A stretch of DNA of 64,000 nucleotides from Cladosporium halotolerans (lineage: Eukaryota). Location of the stretch: the NCBI RefSeq assembly GCF_011745625.1, contig NW_027191466.1:124001-188000 (forward strand), given 5' to 3'. A model generated the notes under the pieces. That model was not told where the DNA came from and made no database searches. It worked only from the letters and a program-made list of their open reading frames with translations. Position numbers and translations under genes: made by a program. Positions 11,844 to 24,651 of the stretch are shown here, in pieces (position 1 is the first letter of the stretch; each line of letters starts with the position of its first letter).

Positions 11844-12608
11844 CCTGCGCCCAAACCTCTCGTGTCTCTCCCCGTTTGCTGGTTGTTTCGTTTGCGTGCA
11901 AGTGGACCCTCCCGAATGCAAGATGCCTGCTGCACCACCCACCGTCCGTGGCACCCAAGCCAGATGCAATCGTGGCGCGCCCGCCGCCCAAGGTACCTTT
12001 ATAGCACTCCCGCGCCCTCGTCACCGCACCCGTCGCCCTCCCTCACCTGCTTGCTACCTTGCCACCTCTGCTCCTCCTACTCCTCCTCCTCGACCGCGCG
12101 CCCGCCGACCTCTCGTGTGCCCGCTCCCACCTCCGTCCCCATCCTTCGCGCCGTGGTACCCTCCGTGAGCCTCACACCTGCGCCCCTTCCTGAACCACTC
12201 CGACCTCGCACCCGCGCCGTACACTGTGCTGTCTCACCTGCGCCTTCACCACCGCAGCCCGAACCAGATCCAACTTTTGCTCGTTGCACAGCCTCGGACG
12301 TGCGACGCTCCTCGCCAATTAATAGACCCTGCTCTGCGTCACCCGCTCCCTCGCCCGCCGTCGCCACCACCATCACCGCCACGGTACCCTCGACCTGCAC
12401 CGCGCCTGCTGCCGTTCCAGAAAAACCTTAATAGCTGCCTCGCGCTGGTGAATGCCTGGGGCACGTCGCAGCAGCTGTTCCATCATACACTATCCTTCCT
12501 ACATCCACTTTCAGAAGCCGAACCTGCGCCATTGACCAATCAGAGCTGGTCACGACCTACTCTGCTCACGCTTTCCTCCACATCCTCGCCTGAGCTACAC
12601 ATACCACC

Positions 12609-14507
12609 ATGTTGTGCTTCGGCAGAACGAGTCCTAAGGACTCGTCGACACCGCCGTTCCCGCTCCGCCAGATGCTTGTTCTGGGTATGTCCGACGATGC
12701 GCGATTGCCTCATTTGGGACCTCACACTGACCTCAAACCCCAGCTCTGTGTCGACTATGCGAGCCAATTGCATTTATGTCCATCTTTCCTTATGTCTACT
12801 ACATGATCGAGTCCTTCCACATGACCGACGACGATCGTAAGATTTCCCTGTACGCCGGCATGGTCACCTCGGCATTTGCTTTCGCCGAGTTCTCGTCTGG
12901 TATGTTCTGGGGTCGCGCGAGCGACAAGTACGGCCGCAAACCGATCCTCCTCACTGGACTTGCTGGCACTGGAATCAGCATGATCGTTTTCGGCTTCGCG
13001 CCAAACCTGCCAGTGGCCTTGATTGCCCGTGCGCTCGGAGGCCTGCTCAATGGCAACATTGGAGTGCTGCAGAGCACGGTGGCGGAAGTCGTTACGGTGG
13101 AAGCGCACCAAGCGCGCGCCTACTCGATCATGCCTGTCGTGTGGTGCATTGGCTCCATCGCCGGATCTGCGATTGGCGGAGTCTTGGCGGATCCTGTGCG
13201 CAACTACGGCTGGGCCCAGGGCAGCATCTGGGACAAGTTCCCTTTCCTGCTTCCTAATGTTTTCTGCACGGGTGTCGTCATTGTCGGCATGCTTGTTGGA
13301 ATTCTGTTCCTGGAGGAGACCCACGAAGACAAGAAGCACCAGCGCGACCGCGGTCTTGAAGTCGGCAAGTGGATCCTCAGGCTCATCACCAACAAGGCAC
13401 CCACTCCCGCTTTCTCCAGCCGCAAGCGCGACTACACCCTGGAGACCTTCACGCTCATGCACGAGGACATCGACTGCCCGCCCGACTACAAGAGCACCGC
13501 CTCTTCGCCCGAGCTCTCTCCCTCTGCTGCGCCGATGGGCCTTCCGCCGCCCGCGTACCAGTCGATTGAAGGCTCGCCGCGCAACTCCCTGGTCGCCGAG
13601 CGCGTCGACGAGGAGGCTCTCGCGGTCGAAGCTGAGACTGCGAAGCGCAACGCCAGCCTTTCCAACGCCTTCACGAAGCAAGTCAACTTGATCATTGTGA
13701 GCTATGGCATTCTGGCATAGTAAGTCACGGAGTCGTTCTCAACCAGCAACGCAACACTGACATCTTTGCAGCCACACGATCTCTGCCGAGCAGCTCCTTC
13801 CAGTGCTCTTCAGCTTGCCCGAATCCGAAACGGCTCCATCTCTGCCATTCAAATTCACCGGTGGATTTGACCTCCCGACTAGATCCATTGGTGGCATCCT
13901 CTCCATCCAGGGCCTCATCCAGGTGATTGCCATGCTCTTCGCCTTCCCAGCTCTCACCCGCCACCTGGGAAGCCTCAACCTTTTCCGCATCACCGTCTTC
14001 ACCTACCCATTCCTCTACATCGTCACGCCGTACCTGACGCTGGTCCCTCACTCCTTGCGCATGCCATGCGTCTACCTCATCCTCATTTGGAAGGTGTGCG
14101 CGCAGGCGTTCACCATGCCTTCCGCCCTCATCATGCTCGCCAACAACACTCCATCGCCCAAGGTCTCTGGAACACTGAACGGCGCAATGGCTGCATCTGC
14201 GAGCTTGTGCAGGACTTTTGGTCCTACCTTTTCCGGTCTGCTGCAATCTGCTGGCCTCTCACTCGGCACCCTTGGCCTTCCCTGGTGGACCAACGCTGCC
14301 GTTGCGGTGATCGGCATGGTCATCGCAGTCTTCATGCGCGAGGAGAAGCGCCGCACTTTCGACAACGAGAAGGAGGCTCCCATCCATGACGAGCCTGAAG
14401 ACGACGAGGCGGCTGTCGAGGGTCCTAATGCGTCGCTCGAGACCCTCCAGTCGACTCCGAGCTCGCCGCTCCTCACACGCTTTGACCGCCGCAGCAGTGG
14501 CTTCTAA
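12609..14507 (+). CDS. MFS transporter, YCR023C-like (exons 12609-12684, 12744-13719, 13772-14507)
   Basis: Spliced start FPLRQMLVLALCRLCEPIAFMSIFPY, MFS motif A (WGRASDKYGRKP), ARALGGLLNGN, many TM helices and canonical introns. Confidence 0.93.
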
Positions 14508-15766
14508 TCTGATGACTGGACATGATCGCAATTTATTCCCACTGTACCATGTGCGCTATTCCTGGATTCGCCTTGCACTGGTCTTCTGAGCGTTTGGTTA
14601 ATTCTTTTCTGTCATAGCTATCTGGACCTGGACTCGCAATCTTCGTCAGACACCTGACCCTTCGCACACCTTTTGACTCGATTGAATTTTTCTTTTCATT
14701 TGTTCATGCGGGCAGCCTGGGCGAGCGTTTGCGCGTTCCGCGATTTTGAATGTGCATCGCAGGCCTCGGGGTTGCAACACCAAAAGGCGTTGGTTTTTCC
14801 ATCTTATGATACCCTAGGACAGCTTTGGCGTATATTTTGTTTGTTTCCGGGCAAGAGGGGCAGGCGGCGAGGATTTGCATGGGGTGACAAGCGAGGGTCT
14901 GGGTTCGCCGGGTTCAGGAAGCGTGGAAACGGCATCAGGAGAGGCACGGCTGGCATCGTCAAGGACAGGGAACTCATTTCTTCCGGCAATGAACCACAGC
15001 ATAGATTGTATCAGTAGCGCACGAAAACGAAGGGCAGATGACTGACAACCTTTTCCCTGCGCACTCACGAGACTCCCGCACTAGCTCCGTCGCATTCCGC
15101 ACGCACCGTGTGTCGACCGAATATATTTTTGTCAGAGATGTGTCGTGGACAGCGCCGCACTTCGCCTTTGGCGCCAACCAGCACCCGGCCAGACGCAGCC
15201 CTACCGGAATTCCTCTGCTGTGACGGAAGCGTTCCCCGACGCACCGCCCAACAAACCCACCCTTCGACACCAGAGTCGTACGTTTGCTGCATCCTGCCAA
15301 CGTCCTCAGCCAGGGTGCGCGAGCAACACACTGCAAAATCTCTGCCGCGATCCTTGCCGGCCCTTGCTAAGCGATCAGTCGCCAGGACGCGACCCGCTGA
15401 CAGCACGAACGCAACCCGCTGGCGACGTCTCACCACTCTGCCCTGCGAATCCAAGGGTCTCCATCCTTATTCCGCCCCTCGTCCGCTCCGCCCATATCCC
15501 TCTGCCACACCACATTAACAATCGGCCGGCTGCGTCTGACGAGCCAGCTCTGGCAAGCCAGCCGTTCCCTCCATCTCCATCGCATGTGCGCACGCCCGCG
15601 ACCGAGCCTTTCCCCGGATTGTCAGTCAACCTGGCAGCAGAAGCTCTCTCGCTCTCGCGGCGCTCGGCTACTTCCGCCCTCTTAGCCCGCGCGCGCGCGC
15701 CCCTCCACACGGAAAGACGCCCAATTAACTCTGGGAAGATCGTAAGGCGAGTTGGCCACCGCGAGC

Positions 15767-18700
15767 ATGGCAGGCCCGCGCGGCGGTAGTAGCGCCGTCA
15801 CGGCCGCCTCCAAGAAACGCGACCGCGGCTCTCTGGACGACAGCAGCAACAGCAACAGCAACACCAACACCAACAGCAGCAGCAACAACCCCACCGGCTC
15901 GCCCAGCGACGATAACGGCCTCCAGCACCACCCACCACCCCACCACGACGATGCCCACGGTCAGCACGCTCACGGCCCCGGCCCCGGCGGCACGAGCTCG
16001 AACTTCCGCAACGTCAGCGCGTGCAACCGCTGCCGGCACCGCAAGAACCGCTGCGACCAGAAGCTGCCGCGCTGCTCGGCGTGCGTGAAGGCCGGGATCG
16101 CGGCGTGCGTGGGCTTTGACCCCGTCAGCAAGCGCGAGATCCCGCGCAGCTACGTCTACTTCCTCGAGACGCGCGTGAGGGGCCTGGAAGACCTGGTCGG
16201 GCGGCTGGGCGGCGCCGTGCCGGCTGTCGAGGGCCACTTTGCCGTCGACGAGAGCATCAAGCCTGGCGTCAATGTGCCCTTCCCCGTGCTCGAGGGGGAG
16301 GGGCAGAGCGGGGGTGGGAGGAAGAAGTCTGGCGCCGCTGGTGGTGCTGGTGCTGGTGCTGGCGCGGTGGCGAAGGCGGACGGGAAGGACGGCGAGCAGC
16401 TGCCCGACGCGAACGCCGGCATCGATCCTAACCTGGAGGAAGGCGACGAGCGCGAGAAGATCGACAAGCTGGTCAACAACCTCGGCATGGTGTCTGTGCA
16501 AGGCACGTCGGACTCGCGGGCGCTGGGGTCGCCGTCTGGGATTTCGTTCGCGCGGGTCGTCTTCGCCGCCGTCAAGAGCTCCGTCTCGCAGCAGCAGAAT
16601 GGCTCCGAGCGGAGCGGCGCCGGCGCCAGGTCGACGAAAGCTGTCTCCGCGGATGCGGCTGGCGGCGGCGGCAGCACGATGCGGGACTCGTTCTTCGGAC
16701 TGCACACCAGGCCTACGATCCAGCCCGCGCCGTTTCCCGACGTGCAGCTCGGCCGGCGGCTGGTCGATCTGTACTTTGAACATACTAATCCTCAGATTCC
16801 GATCCTGCACCGCGGGGAGTTCATGGCGCTGTTCGACAGGGTGTACAGCAAGCCCGCGAAGGAGAGGACGTCTCGCGAGCTTTACCTCATGAACATTGTG
16901 TTTGCGATCGGCAGCGGGATTATCATGGACTCGTCTGGAACCAGTAACCCGTCTTACGGCTCGAATGGATCGGATGAGATGAAAGAGGAGTCGCCTAGGA
17001 CGAAGAGGACGAAGCTCAGCGGGAATCAGCAGTGTCAGCCTGAACAGTATCATTCCTCGGCGATTGTGCATTTGGAGAGCTTCCTCAGCACCTCTGCCGC
17101 TTCGGAAGGACATGGAGGTGGACTGGAGGAACTGCAGGCTGTCCTGCTTCTCGCAGGTCTGGCATTGCTTAGGCCGGTGGCGCCTGGGCTGTGGTATATC
17201 ATTGGTGTTGCGCTACGCTTGAGCATCGACCTTGGCTTGCACTACGAAGACAGCGATCCGGAACTCGACGCGCTGGATATCAAGTCTGAACCAGGCAGCA
17301 GCACATCCATACCGAAATCTCTCGGCCGGAGGCAATGGACACGAGATTTGCGACGGAGACTATGGTGGAGCGTCTACTCCCTCGACCGGCTAGTCTCCAC
17401 TTGCGTCGGCCGACCTTTCGGAATCACAGACCAAGTCATCACCACAGAATTCCCCTCCCTCCTCGACGACCGACACATAACGACCTCCGGCTTCCTGAAG
17501 CCCTCGCTAGAATACTGCCCGCCGACCTCGAAGCTCGTCACACACCACTACTTCCGCCTCCGACTCCTCCAATCCGAAATCCTCCAAGTCCTCCAATACC
17601 GCCAAGCACAACAAGCACGCTCACAAGGCGCCAACCAAGCCAACCAATTCATGCACACACACCTCCCCTCGCCTTTCCTCCAACACTTCGCCTCCTTCCG
17701 CGACTGGCGCGCGGACGTCGACCGCCGCCTGCGCGAATGGAAAGCCGAAGCTCCCACGCAGCCCGAGACAGGCGTCAGCTTCAACCCGCTCTTCTTCGAC
17801 CTCAACTACTGGCAGGGCGTCATCATGCTGTACCGGCAGTCGCTGGCCGTCCCCGCGCCGCTGGCGGAGGAGCTGAGCGCTTCGACGGGCGAGGACGTCG
17901 AGAGCCCGAGCACGCTGCACAGGGAGCTGGAGGAGGACGAGCAGCTCGTGTGCTTGAAAGTCGCGCAGGCGGCGCAGACGGTGCTGAAGCTGTACAGGCA
18001 GCTGCATAGGCTGAGGCTGGTGAATTATACTTTTTTGGCGACGCATCATTTGTTTATGAGTGGTAAGTCTTTTTCTCTGATGTTGGCCTGGGTAACATTG
18101 GTGGCTGATTAATCGACCAGGAATCTCGTTCCTGTACGCGCTGTGGCACAGCCCCGTGGTACGGTCGCACCTCACGCTAGACGACGTCGACTTCACGATC
18201 CTCGCGGCGACTTCAGTCCTCACAGACCTCATGGTCAACTGCCCGCCCGCAGAAGCTTGCCGGGACGCTTTCACACGCATGGCCAAAGCCACCATCAGCA
18301 TGTGCATGTCAACAACAGGCTTCGGCGTGGCCTCTAGCCTCGGCTCACAATCCCTCGACAGCCCCATCAGCTACGTCAGCCCCGGCCAGCTCTCCCACGA
18401 TGGCGTTGCTGGCGGCCTCACAGACGCAGGCGCCGAGATGTCCCGCCCCGACTCCGGCGGCGAGAGAAGACAGATCCCCAAGTTCGACATGAACCTCCGC
18501 GACCTCTTCTCCGACACAGAACTCCAAGGCCGCCCGCAGAGCTTCTTCCAGCAATTCGGCAACCCTCGAGCCCAGCAACAACAACAGCAGCAGCAGCAGC
18601 GCCAACAACAGCAACAACCCCAAGACCCCGGCCCTTTCACAGGCACAACCTACACCATCCCCGCGACGCCCGACACCTCCGCCGGCGCCTCCGCCTCGCC

Positions 18701-19133
18701 CCTGCAGCAATTCCCGCCCACCACCCAACAACAACAACAAGCCGACTTCCCCCGCCCCTACCAACAACCCTCAAATTACCAACCCCACTCGCAACTCTCG
18801 CAAACAATCTCCCACCCGCAACAACCAGACTTCAACTTCGACACGCTCGACTTCCTCGACACCTTCCCCTCCGACCCCGCCGGCAACCCCTCCCTCAGCA
18901 TGAACGGCAACACGCTCGGCACGAACAGCAGCGCCGGCGCGGGCGGGAACGCTTTCTGGCCTTCGGGCGAATTGGACCTGGGGTTCGGGACGGGCGGGCT
19001 GGCGGGCTGGGAGGATGGCGCGGGGGCCGGGGCGAGTGGGATGGAGGGCGTTGGGGCTGGTGGAGGAGGGGTGGATTTGTTCGATGGGTTCTTTTTTGGG
19101 GGTGGTGGGGGTGGGGGTGGGTTTGGGGGGTGA
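15767..19133 (+). CDS. uaY: Zn2Cys6 activator of purine utilisation, UaY/PCO-1 orthologue (exons 15767-18062, 18121-19133)
   Basis: FRNVSACNRCRHRKNRCDQKLPRC...VGFDPVSKREIPRSYVYFLETRV matches the UaY DNA-binding region. A fungal TF domain (RRRLWWSVYSLDR), a poly-Q tract and a C-terminal DLFDGFFFG motif follow. Confidence 0.92.
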
Positions 19134-19909
19134 TTTTGTGAGGATGGTTGAGGGGAAAGGGAGGAAGGAGAGGGAGGGAAAGAGAGGGGAAGGGGAGGGA
19201 TGATCTCAACTCACATTTATTGGATGGGGGAATACAGGAGCTTAGGATCTTTTTTTGGGACATGAGGATTAATTCGTGGCTGGGTAGACCAGACTGCCGA
19301 GGTTTGCGATGGGACGAGGAGAGAAGAAGGAGAATTGTCGCGTATAGACGGCGGAAAAGAAAGGGACAGACCAACCATCCGGAAAAAACAAAATACCACT
19401 CCGCTTGCGTAAGCCTCTCGAAGACCGAGAGCGCGCGGATTGGATTGACGGCCGATTTGTTTTGATATAGACTTACTGACTGACTGACTCCTTTTGCGGA
19501 GGGTAGTTTTGACGACATGACACTCTACTTTTTAACGATCAATTCTGTTCCCGCTCGAAAAGTGCAAGCATGCTTGCTATGAATGAGCCTACTGCGCGAG
19601 CCGCGTGCCTTGCACCTTCCCGTTTTCATGATTGACGCGTTAAAATCGAGCGTTCGTTGCTAAATCCTCTCTCTCCCCGACATTAGGTCGAGAGTCGACG
19701 CTCATCCATGCGATGCACCAACCGACGTTTTACTAGCGGCGGAGATAGCAGACCCAACAAGAAAGTAAGAAACACATCTGCTGCGCGTGAAGTTCCAGCG
19801 TTACATGAATCCATCTTCTCCATCTCTTGAACAAAGGTCGACGCGTACCTCCGAACGTTGATCGATCGAACATGTGCCAGACCTGACAATCGTCTACCGA
19901 CGGATCTGA

Positions 19910-20830
19910 CCGGGCTAATCAGAGCACTGGAAGGTGCGCGTGAAGTCCGAGCTTTCATTGATCCGTCTTCTCCCAGTCTTGGATCAACCATAGGTAGGCA
20001 CATCTACGGCGGACTTGTTAGGGAACGGGCCACTTTTCAGACTCACTGGGCCTTCGGCTGCTTCTGCATACTCTGATTCGAATACGCGGCGGAACTTTTG
20101 TGCACGTGATTCGCACTTCCCGCGTCGTCGTTCTTATGCCGTATTGTCGCTCGTATCGTATCGTCGCTCGCACGGTGTCTGTCGTCGCTCACACAGTAGC
20201 GTTGCTCTCATACCGCATCGTCGCTTACACCATGTCGTCCCTTACTCACTCTATTACTACGTTACAGGACATTACGCGAGAGGCCATGAGGTCCGCGAGA
20301 AGCGATATAGTACAAGCTAGTGAAATGCTTCAAACGAATATTCTATACCTTACAAGGCGAATTCTGGAGAAAGAAATCCGAAGCTTCGGTGCATCTAAAA
20401 AGAGGTCTGTTCCCTAACGACTCCGATCGATGGTCGTCGATCGTTTAATGATATGTCAAGACTGTCAATGTACCAATAGCGCCTTGTCTGGACGAATCAG
20501 AGGATAGAAGCTGGGAAATCGATGAGCATGCAGTTCTAGCCCTTGCGCTTTCATGCTCTCGAAGCCTCTCTCCCATTTTTCATCGATATCAACCGTATCG
20601 ACGTCGTCAGTAACTTCAACGCGTCGCCAAGGCCGACATCCCACTAGCGCCTGGAGTAGCCGAGCCAATGAGACTGCAGTAAGTAGATATACGAGGCGCG
20701 TGAGCTTCTACTCTCTTCTTCTCTCATGCAATTGATCGAAGTTGAAGGCATCGATGCCGTCGTTACTTGAACGCGTCGCCAAGGCTGACATCCCACTAGC
20801 GTCAAAGCTACCCGGGCCAATCAGAGGATG
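19910..20830. repeat. Degenerate dispersed/tandem repeat locus plus a ~18-bp minisatellite
   Basis: A ~75-bp direct repeat with core ACGCGTCGCCAAGGC(C/T)GACATCCCACTAGCG lies at ~20598-20672 and ~20751-20825. Weaker related motifs lie near 20490 and 19912, and CGTCGCTC-type units at ~20125-20250. Confidence 0.65.
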
Positions 20831-22477
20831 TCATTCCTGGAAAGCTTCCAAGAGCAAGAGGACGCTCGTGCGGTTGTTGCAAAGCATTCATCGCAGAAAC
20901 ACTAGACGGGAGAATTGCAATTTTGCTTTTTGCAGGCTATACCAATCAAGATGCTACGGATCAAGGGTCTACTATACGCGGCATGTCACTGGCAACGCGC
21001 CTACGGACCACACGTTCCTTACGGCCGCGCCGGGGATCACTACCCATCAGGTTCCGGACTTGCTTTTGCCGTTGTCGCGGTCGCTTAGCACGCTTCACAT
21101 GTACAATGACAATACGCATCTACCTAACTGTGCCGTCGTCCGAAGCGAGAGTGGGTTCGAGAGACGAGCCGCTGTCCACGCACAAATTACAAATGCATGT
21201 CCTTCCTCATCATACCTGAGGTCCGCGAACTCGGATAACGTTCTCTTTCGGGCAACGCTGCACGTGGGATTTTGGCTCTGCGCCGTTGAGCCGGCTTTCT
21301 CCATCTACCTTCGGTGTGGCATCACTTTATTATCGCCGCGCTTGGGATGCCACGGCGGCGGTGTGAGCTTAGATACGAGAACGGTGCCAAATCGTTACGA
21401 TGGGTAGTGGACGTTCATCCGGTCATTTCCGGTCTCTCGCTCCTCATCCGACATCCGGAACCACGATTGACAGGCAACGAGGCGAGACTAGGCGAGTGTG
21501 ATGTGATGGATACGTCCAACTTAGGGCCGCGGAGGCAAGGGGTGCGTCTCTCGCATGCACGCGCAGGCTGCCGAGGGTTGCGCAAGCGAGGGGCCGTGGC
21601 GTGCGGAGGTGGAGGGACGCTGGCCGGGCTGGATGGCTGCTGGGCGCCGGGGACGCGCTGGGGCTGGGCGGGCGTGGTACGAGCGAGGGGAGAGTCGCCG
21701 AGGGCCGGGCACGCGGTAGGGCGAATTGTCCGGCGTGCAGGCTGCGTGTCGCGCTGCTGTGGGAAGGGGGTGTGGATGTACCTTACGGTAGGTATCTGGG
21801 CAGAGAGGTGCGGTGTGGTGTCGAGGGCGCGCCTGGTGGGCATGGCTGGCGGAGGAGCTCGCGGGCGTGGGCCTCCCGCAACGCCATATCTCACATGTGG
21901 GCGGCGCGGCGAGATAAGGGCCGGGCGTGGCAGGGCCTGGGTGGGCGGAGGGTGGCCTTGGTGTGGGATTATCGGCGGGCGCGCAACGGCTATCTTCATC
22001 AGTCGCACTGCGCCTGACGGCAGAGGCGCTGCCTGCGCCCGCCTGTTGGCCGAGCCAGCCTTCGAGCTGTCCACGCCGCATCCTTCTGGCCCAGAGTGGC
22101 CGCCCTCCTCCCGCGCACGATGCTGCCAGCGAGGCCTCACTTGTATGCCGCCTGCTTGCTGTCTGCTGCTGCTGCTGCTGCTGCTGGACCTGCGCTCCTC
22201 GCTGCCACGCCTGCGTCTGGACCCGGCCGCACGTGAGGCAGGAAACAGCAGGCACCGCACCGCTCAGCAAACCGCCCGCTCGCCCACCGCCATGACTGCG
22301 CGCGTGTGAACGATGCCCACCCGACAGCCCGTCGCAGCCGCGCGCCATTCTCCTCGCACCCTCACGCGCCTCACCTGCTCGGCTAGGCACCTCATCGTCC
22401 ATTTCTCCCACACATACGGCGACCCTCCTACCCAGCTCGGCCTTGGGGCCTGAGCTGCCACTTATTCCGCCTTCACC

Positions 22478-24349
22478 ATGTTGGCCACTCTGCACGAGCG
22501 TGCGGTATGGTCAAGCACTCCTCCGGCGCCGCGCACCCGTCTCCAAGACTGGCCGACCGTGCTCTACAGCTGGTGGGCGACATGCTTCGCCGCCGTCATC
22601 ATCATCACCCGCCTGTGCGGTCGAAAGGTGAGGAGCAACAAGCTCTTCCGCGAAGACTGGATCATGTTTCTCTCCCTCATCCCGCTGTTTGCACGCATGG
22701 GCCTCATCCATGTTGTGCTTATCTACGGCACCAACAACGTCGCCACTGTCGGAATCGACTACACCGAAGAGGAGATCCGCCATCGCCAGCTGGGCTCGAA
22801 AATGGTGCTCGCCGCCCGCATCTTCTACGCCATCTTCATCTGGATGAGCAAGTGGACCGTCTCCGAGTTCCTCAAGCGCATCACTATCCATCTTTGGCGG
22901 TCGAGCTACGAGTTCACGCTGCACTGCATTCGCATCTTTCTGCTCGCTACGCTTATCGGAGTCGTCATCGCAACTCTCGCCGAATGTCAGCCGTTCGACC
23001 ACTACTGGCAGGTGGTTCCGGATCCCGGTCCCTCGTGTCGACAGAATTACGCTCAGCTGCTTACTATGGGTACGGCTGATATCATCACGGACATTCTACT
23101 CGTTGCATTCCCGATACCGATCGTCCTCCGCTCTGGTCAGAATTGGAAACGGAAGCTGCAGACGACCGCTCTATTCAGCACCTCCGTCGCGCTGATCATT
23201 ATCACTGGCATGCGTATGCCAGAAGTTATCTCGAACCTAGGAAGACAGCAGTACCGTACCGTCTGGGCTTCTTCTGAGATCTTGGCTTCAGCAATTGTCT
23301 CTAACTTTGTCATCATCGGATCCTTCATTCGCGACAAAGGCACCAAGAAGAACAAGTACAAGTCTAGCAGCGTCTCCGACTCTATCGAACGGACCTCTAC
23401 GCGGCGGCCTACCATCCATGCGCAACCTTTGGGTAGCGACGAGGACCTTTTCCGCTTCTTAGGATACCGCATGCCAGAACACCTCCAGCTCGATTCCGAT
23501 AATTTGCCTCGTCCTGCACCGCCCGCTCTGCCAGTTATGAGCTCGCCATTCGCAGAGAAAAACAAACGTGTGGACACGCCCAGACAAGAACCTGTTGAAG
23601 GCAGCGACGGCGATATCTCACCCACGCACCAGTCCAAAGACAACATCCCCCTGCCATCCCCATCACCCTCCACAACCACAAACGCGAAGAAGAACGTCTC
23701 CTTCTTCGACGTGGGCGGCCTCCTCGAAACGGGCTCCGTCGGCCCTCCCTCGCCATCAATGTCTCACTCCCGCTCCGCAACCCTCGTCAGTAGCGGAACC
23801 TCGCATACCATCGCCACGGACTTTGCGCACTCAATGCCAACCCCTCCACAATCGCGCCGCGGATCGAGAGCGTTTCTCTCAGACATGGGCGCCAACCTCA
23901 GTCCCACCACGAGCCGAGGCGAGACCTCATTCTCTGCCAACGGGGCGATGCGGCGCACTTCTCTACCTGGAAGCCGCCTGCGCAGTGGAGCGCCGACGGG
24001 CGTTTTGGGCCCTATGCTCGAGCGGCAAGAGACACAGCTCTCGTTACAGGACGCGGGCGGACTGCTTTCTAGCTCACCTTCAAATTCGAGCGCGCCTTCA
24101 CCGCAAATGGGCAATGGGCGGCCTCCGGAAGCCGACGACGACGATGAAGACGACGGCATTGAAGGCGGAAGACGCGCAGGCGCGCGAAGACTGCAGGACC
24201 TCGGTACCTTTCTGGCGGCGGATCGGAGGCCGGACGTCGGATCTGCGACACTACCGCGAGGAGGAGGCACACAAAGTCCGTCGAACCAGCAGCACGGCGG
24301 ATACGAGAGCATGGATATACAGGACGCTGGCGGACTGCTTGGGAAGTGA
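22478..24349 (+). CDS. PTH11-like (fungal rhodopsin-domain) 7-TM receptor-like protein, no CFEM, long cytoplasmic tail
   Basis: Seven hydrophobic segments with motifs TRL...EDW, ECQPFDHYWQ, DIITDILLVAFPIP and WASSE, followed by a disordered Ser/Pro-rich tail. Confidence 0.88.
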   Translation: MLATLHERAVWSSTPPAPRTRLQDWPTVLYSWWATCFAAVIIITRLCGRKVRSNKLFREDWIMFLSLIPLFARMGLIHVVLIYGTNNVATVGIDYTEEEIRHRQLGSKMVLAARIFYAIFIWMSKWTVSEFLKRITIHLWRSSYEFTLHCIRIFLLATLIGVVIATLAECQPFDHYWQVVPDPGPSCRQNYAQLLTMGTADIITDILLVAFPIPIVLRSGQNWKRKLQTTALFSTSVALIIITGMRMPEVISNLGRQQYRTVWASSEILASAIVSNFVIIGSFIRDKGTKKNKYKSSSVSDSIERTSTRRPTIHAQPLGSDEDLFRFLGYRMPEHLQLDSDNLPRPAPPALPVMSSPFAEKNKRVDTPRQEPVEGSDGDISPTHQSKDNIPLPSPSPSTTTNAKKNVSFFDVGGLLETGSVGPPSPSMSHSRSATLVSSGTSHTIATDFAHSMPTPPQSRRGSRAFLSDMGANLSPTTSRGETSFSANGAMRRTSLPGSRLRSGAPTGVLGPMLERQETQLSLQDAGGLLSSSPSNSSAPSPQMGNGRPPEADDDDEDDGIEGGRRAGARRLQDLGTFLAADRRPDVGSATLPRGGGTQSPSNQQHGGYESMDIQDAGGLLGK

Positions 24350-24651
24350 GTGAGAATCGATGATCGGTAAGTTTCGAATACGGACTAGCATGGGAGATGG
24401 ACGCTTGAGGCATCCTCTCTTCTTTGCATTTTCTTTTGTCAAGGCGTTCCATCGGGCTGGTCGGACTTCTGCTGCGTTTCAGCGAAAGGTCACGGATGAT
24501 TTTCTCTTTTTCCTTCGGTGGAGGTTTACCCCTGTTCATGATACCCGGACTACTTTCCTTGGATTCGACATTCTTGGGCGCATGTAGAGATAGTTTTCCT
24601 TTCCAAGTATACTTATCAATATCAGATATATCCTCTAACCACCACCCCGAC

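Noticed and set aside
7400..12500. Many 100-290 aa ORFs on both strands
   Set aside because: Ala/Arg/Pro/Gly-rich translations expected from very high GC and microsatellites. No domains or coherent gene structure.
15725..17113. 462-aa antisense ORF over uaY (similar shadows over the MFS, hydantoinase and cystathionine beta-lyase genes)
   Set aside because: Shadow ORFs caused by strong GC3 bias of the real gene.
21314..22495. Three overlapping 280-330 aa ORFs upstream of the PTH11-like gene
   Set aside because: Low-complexity GC-rich promoter/leader sequence with no recognisable protein features.
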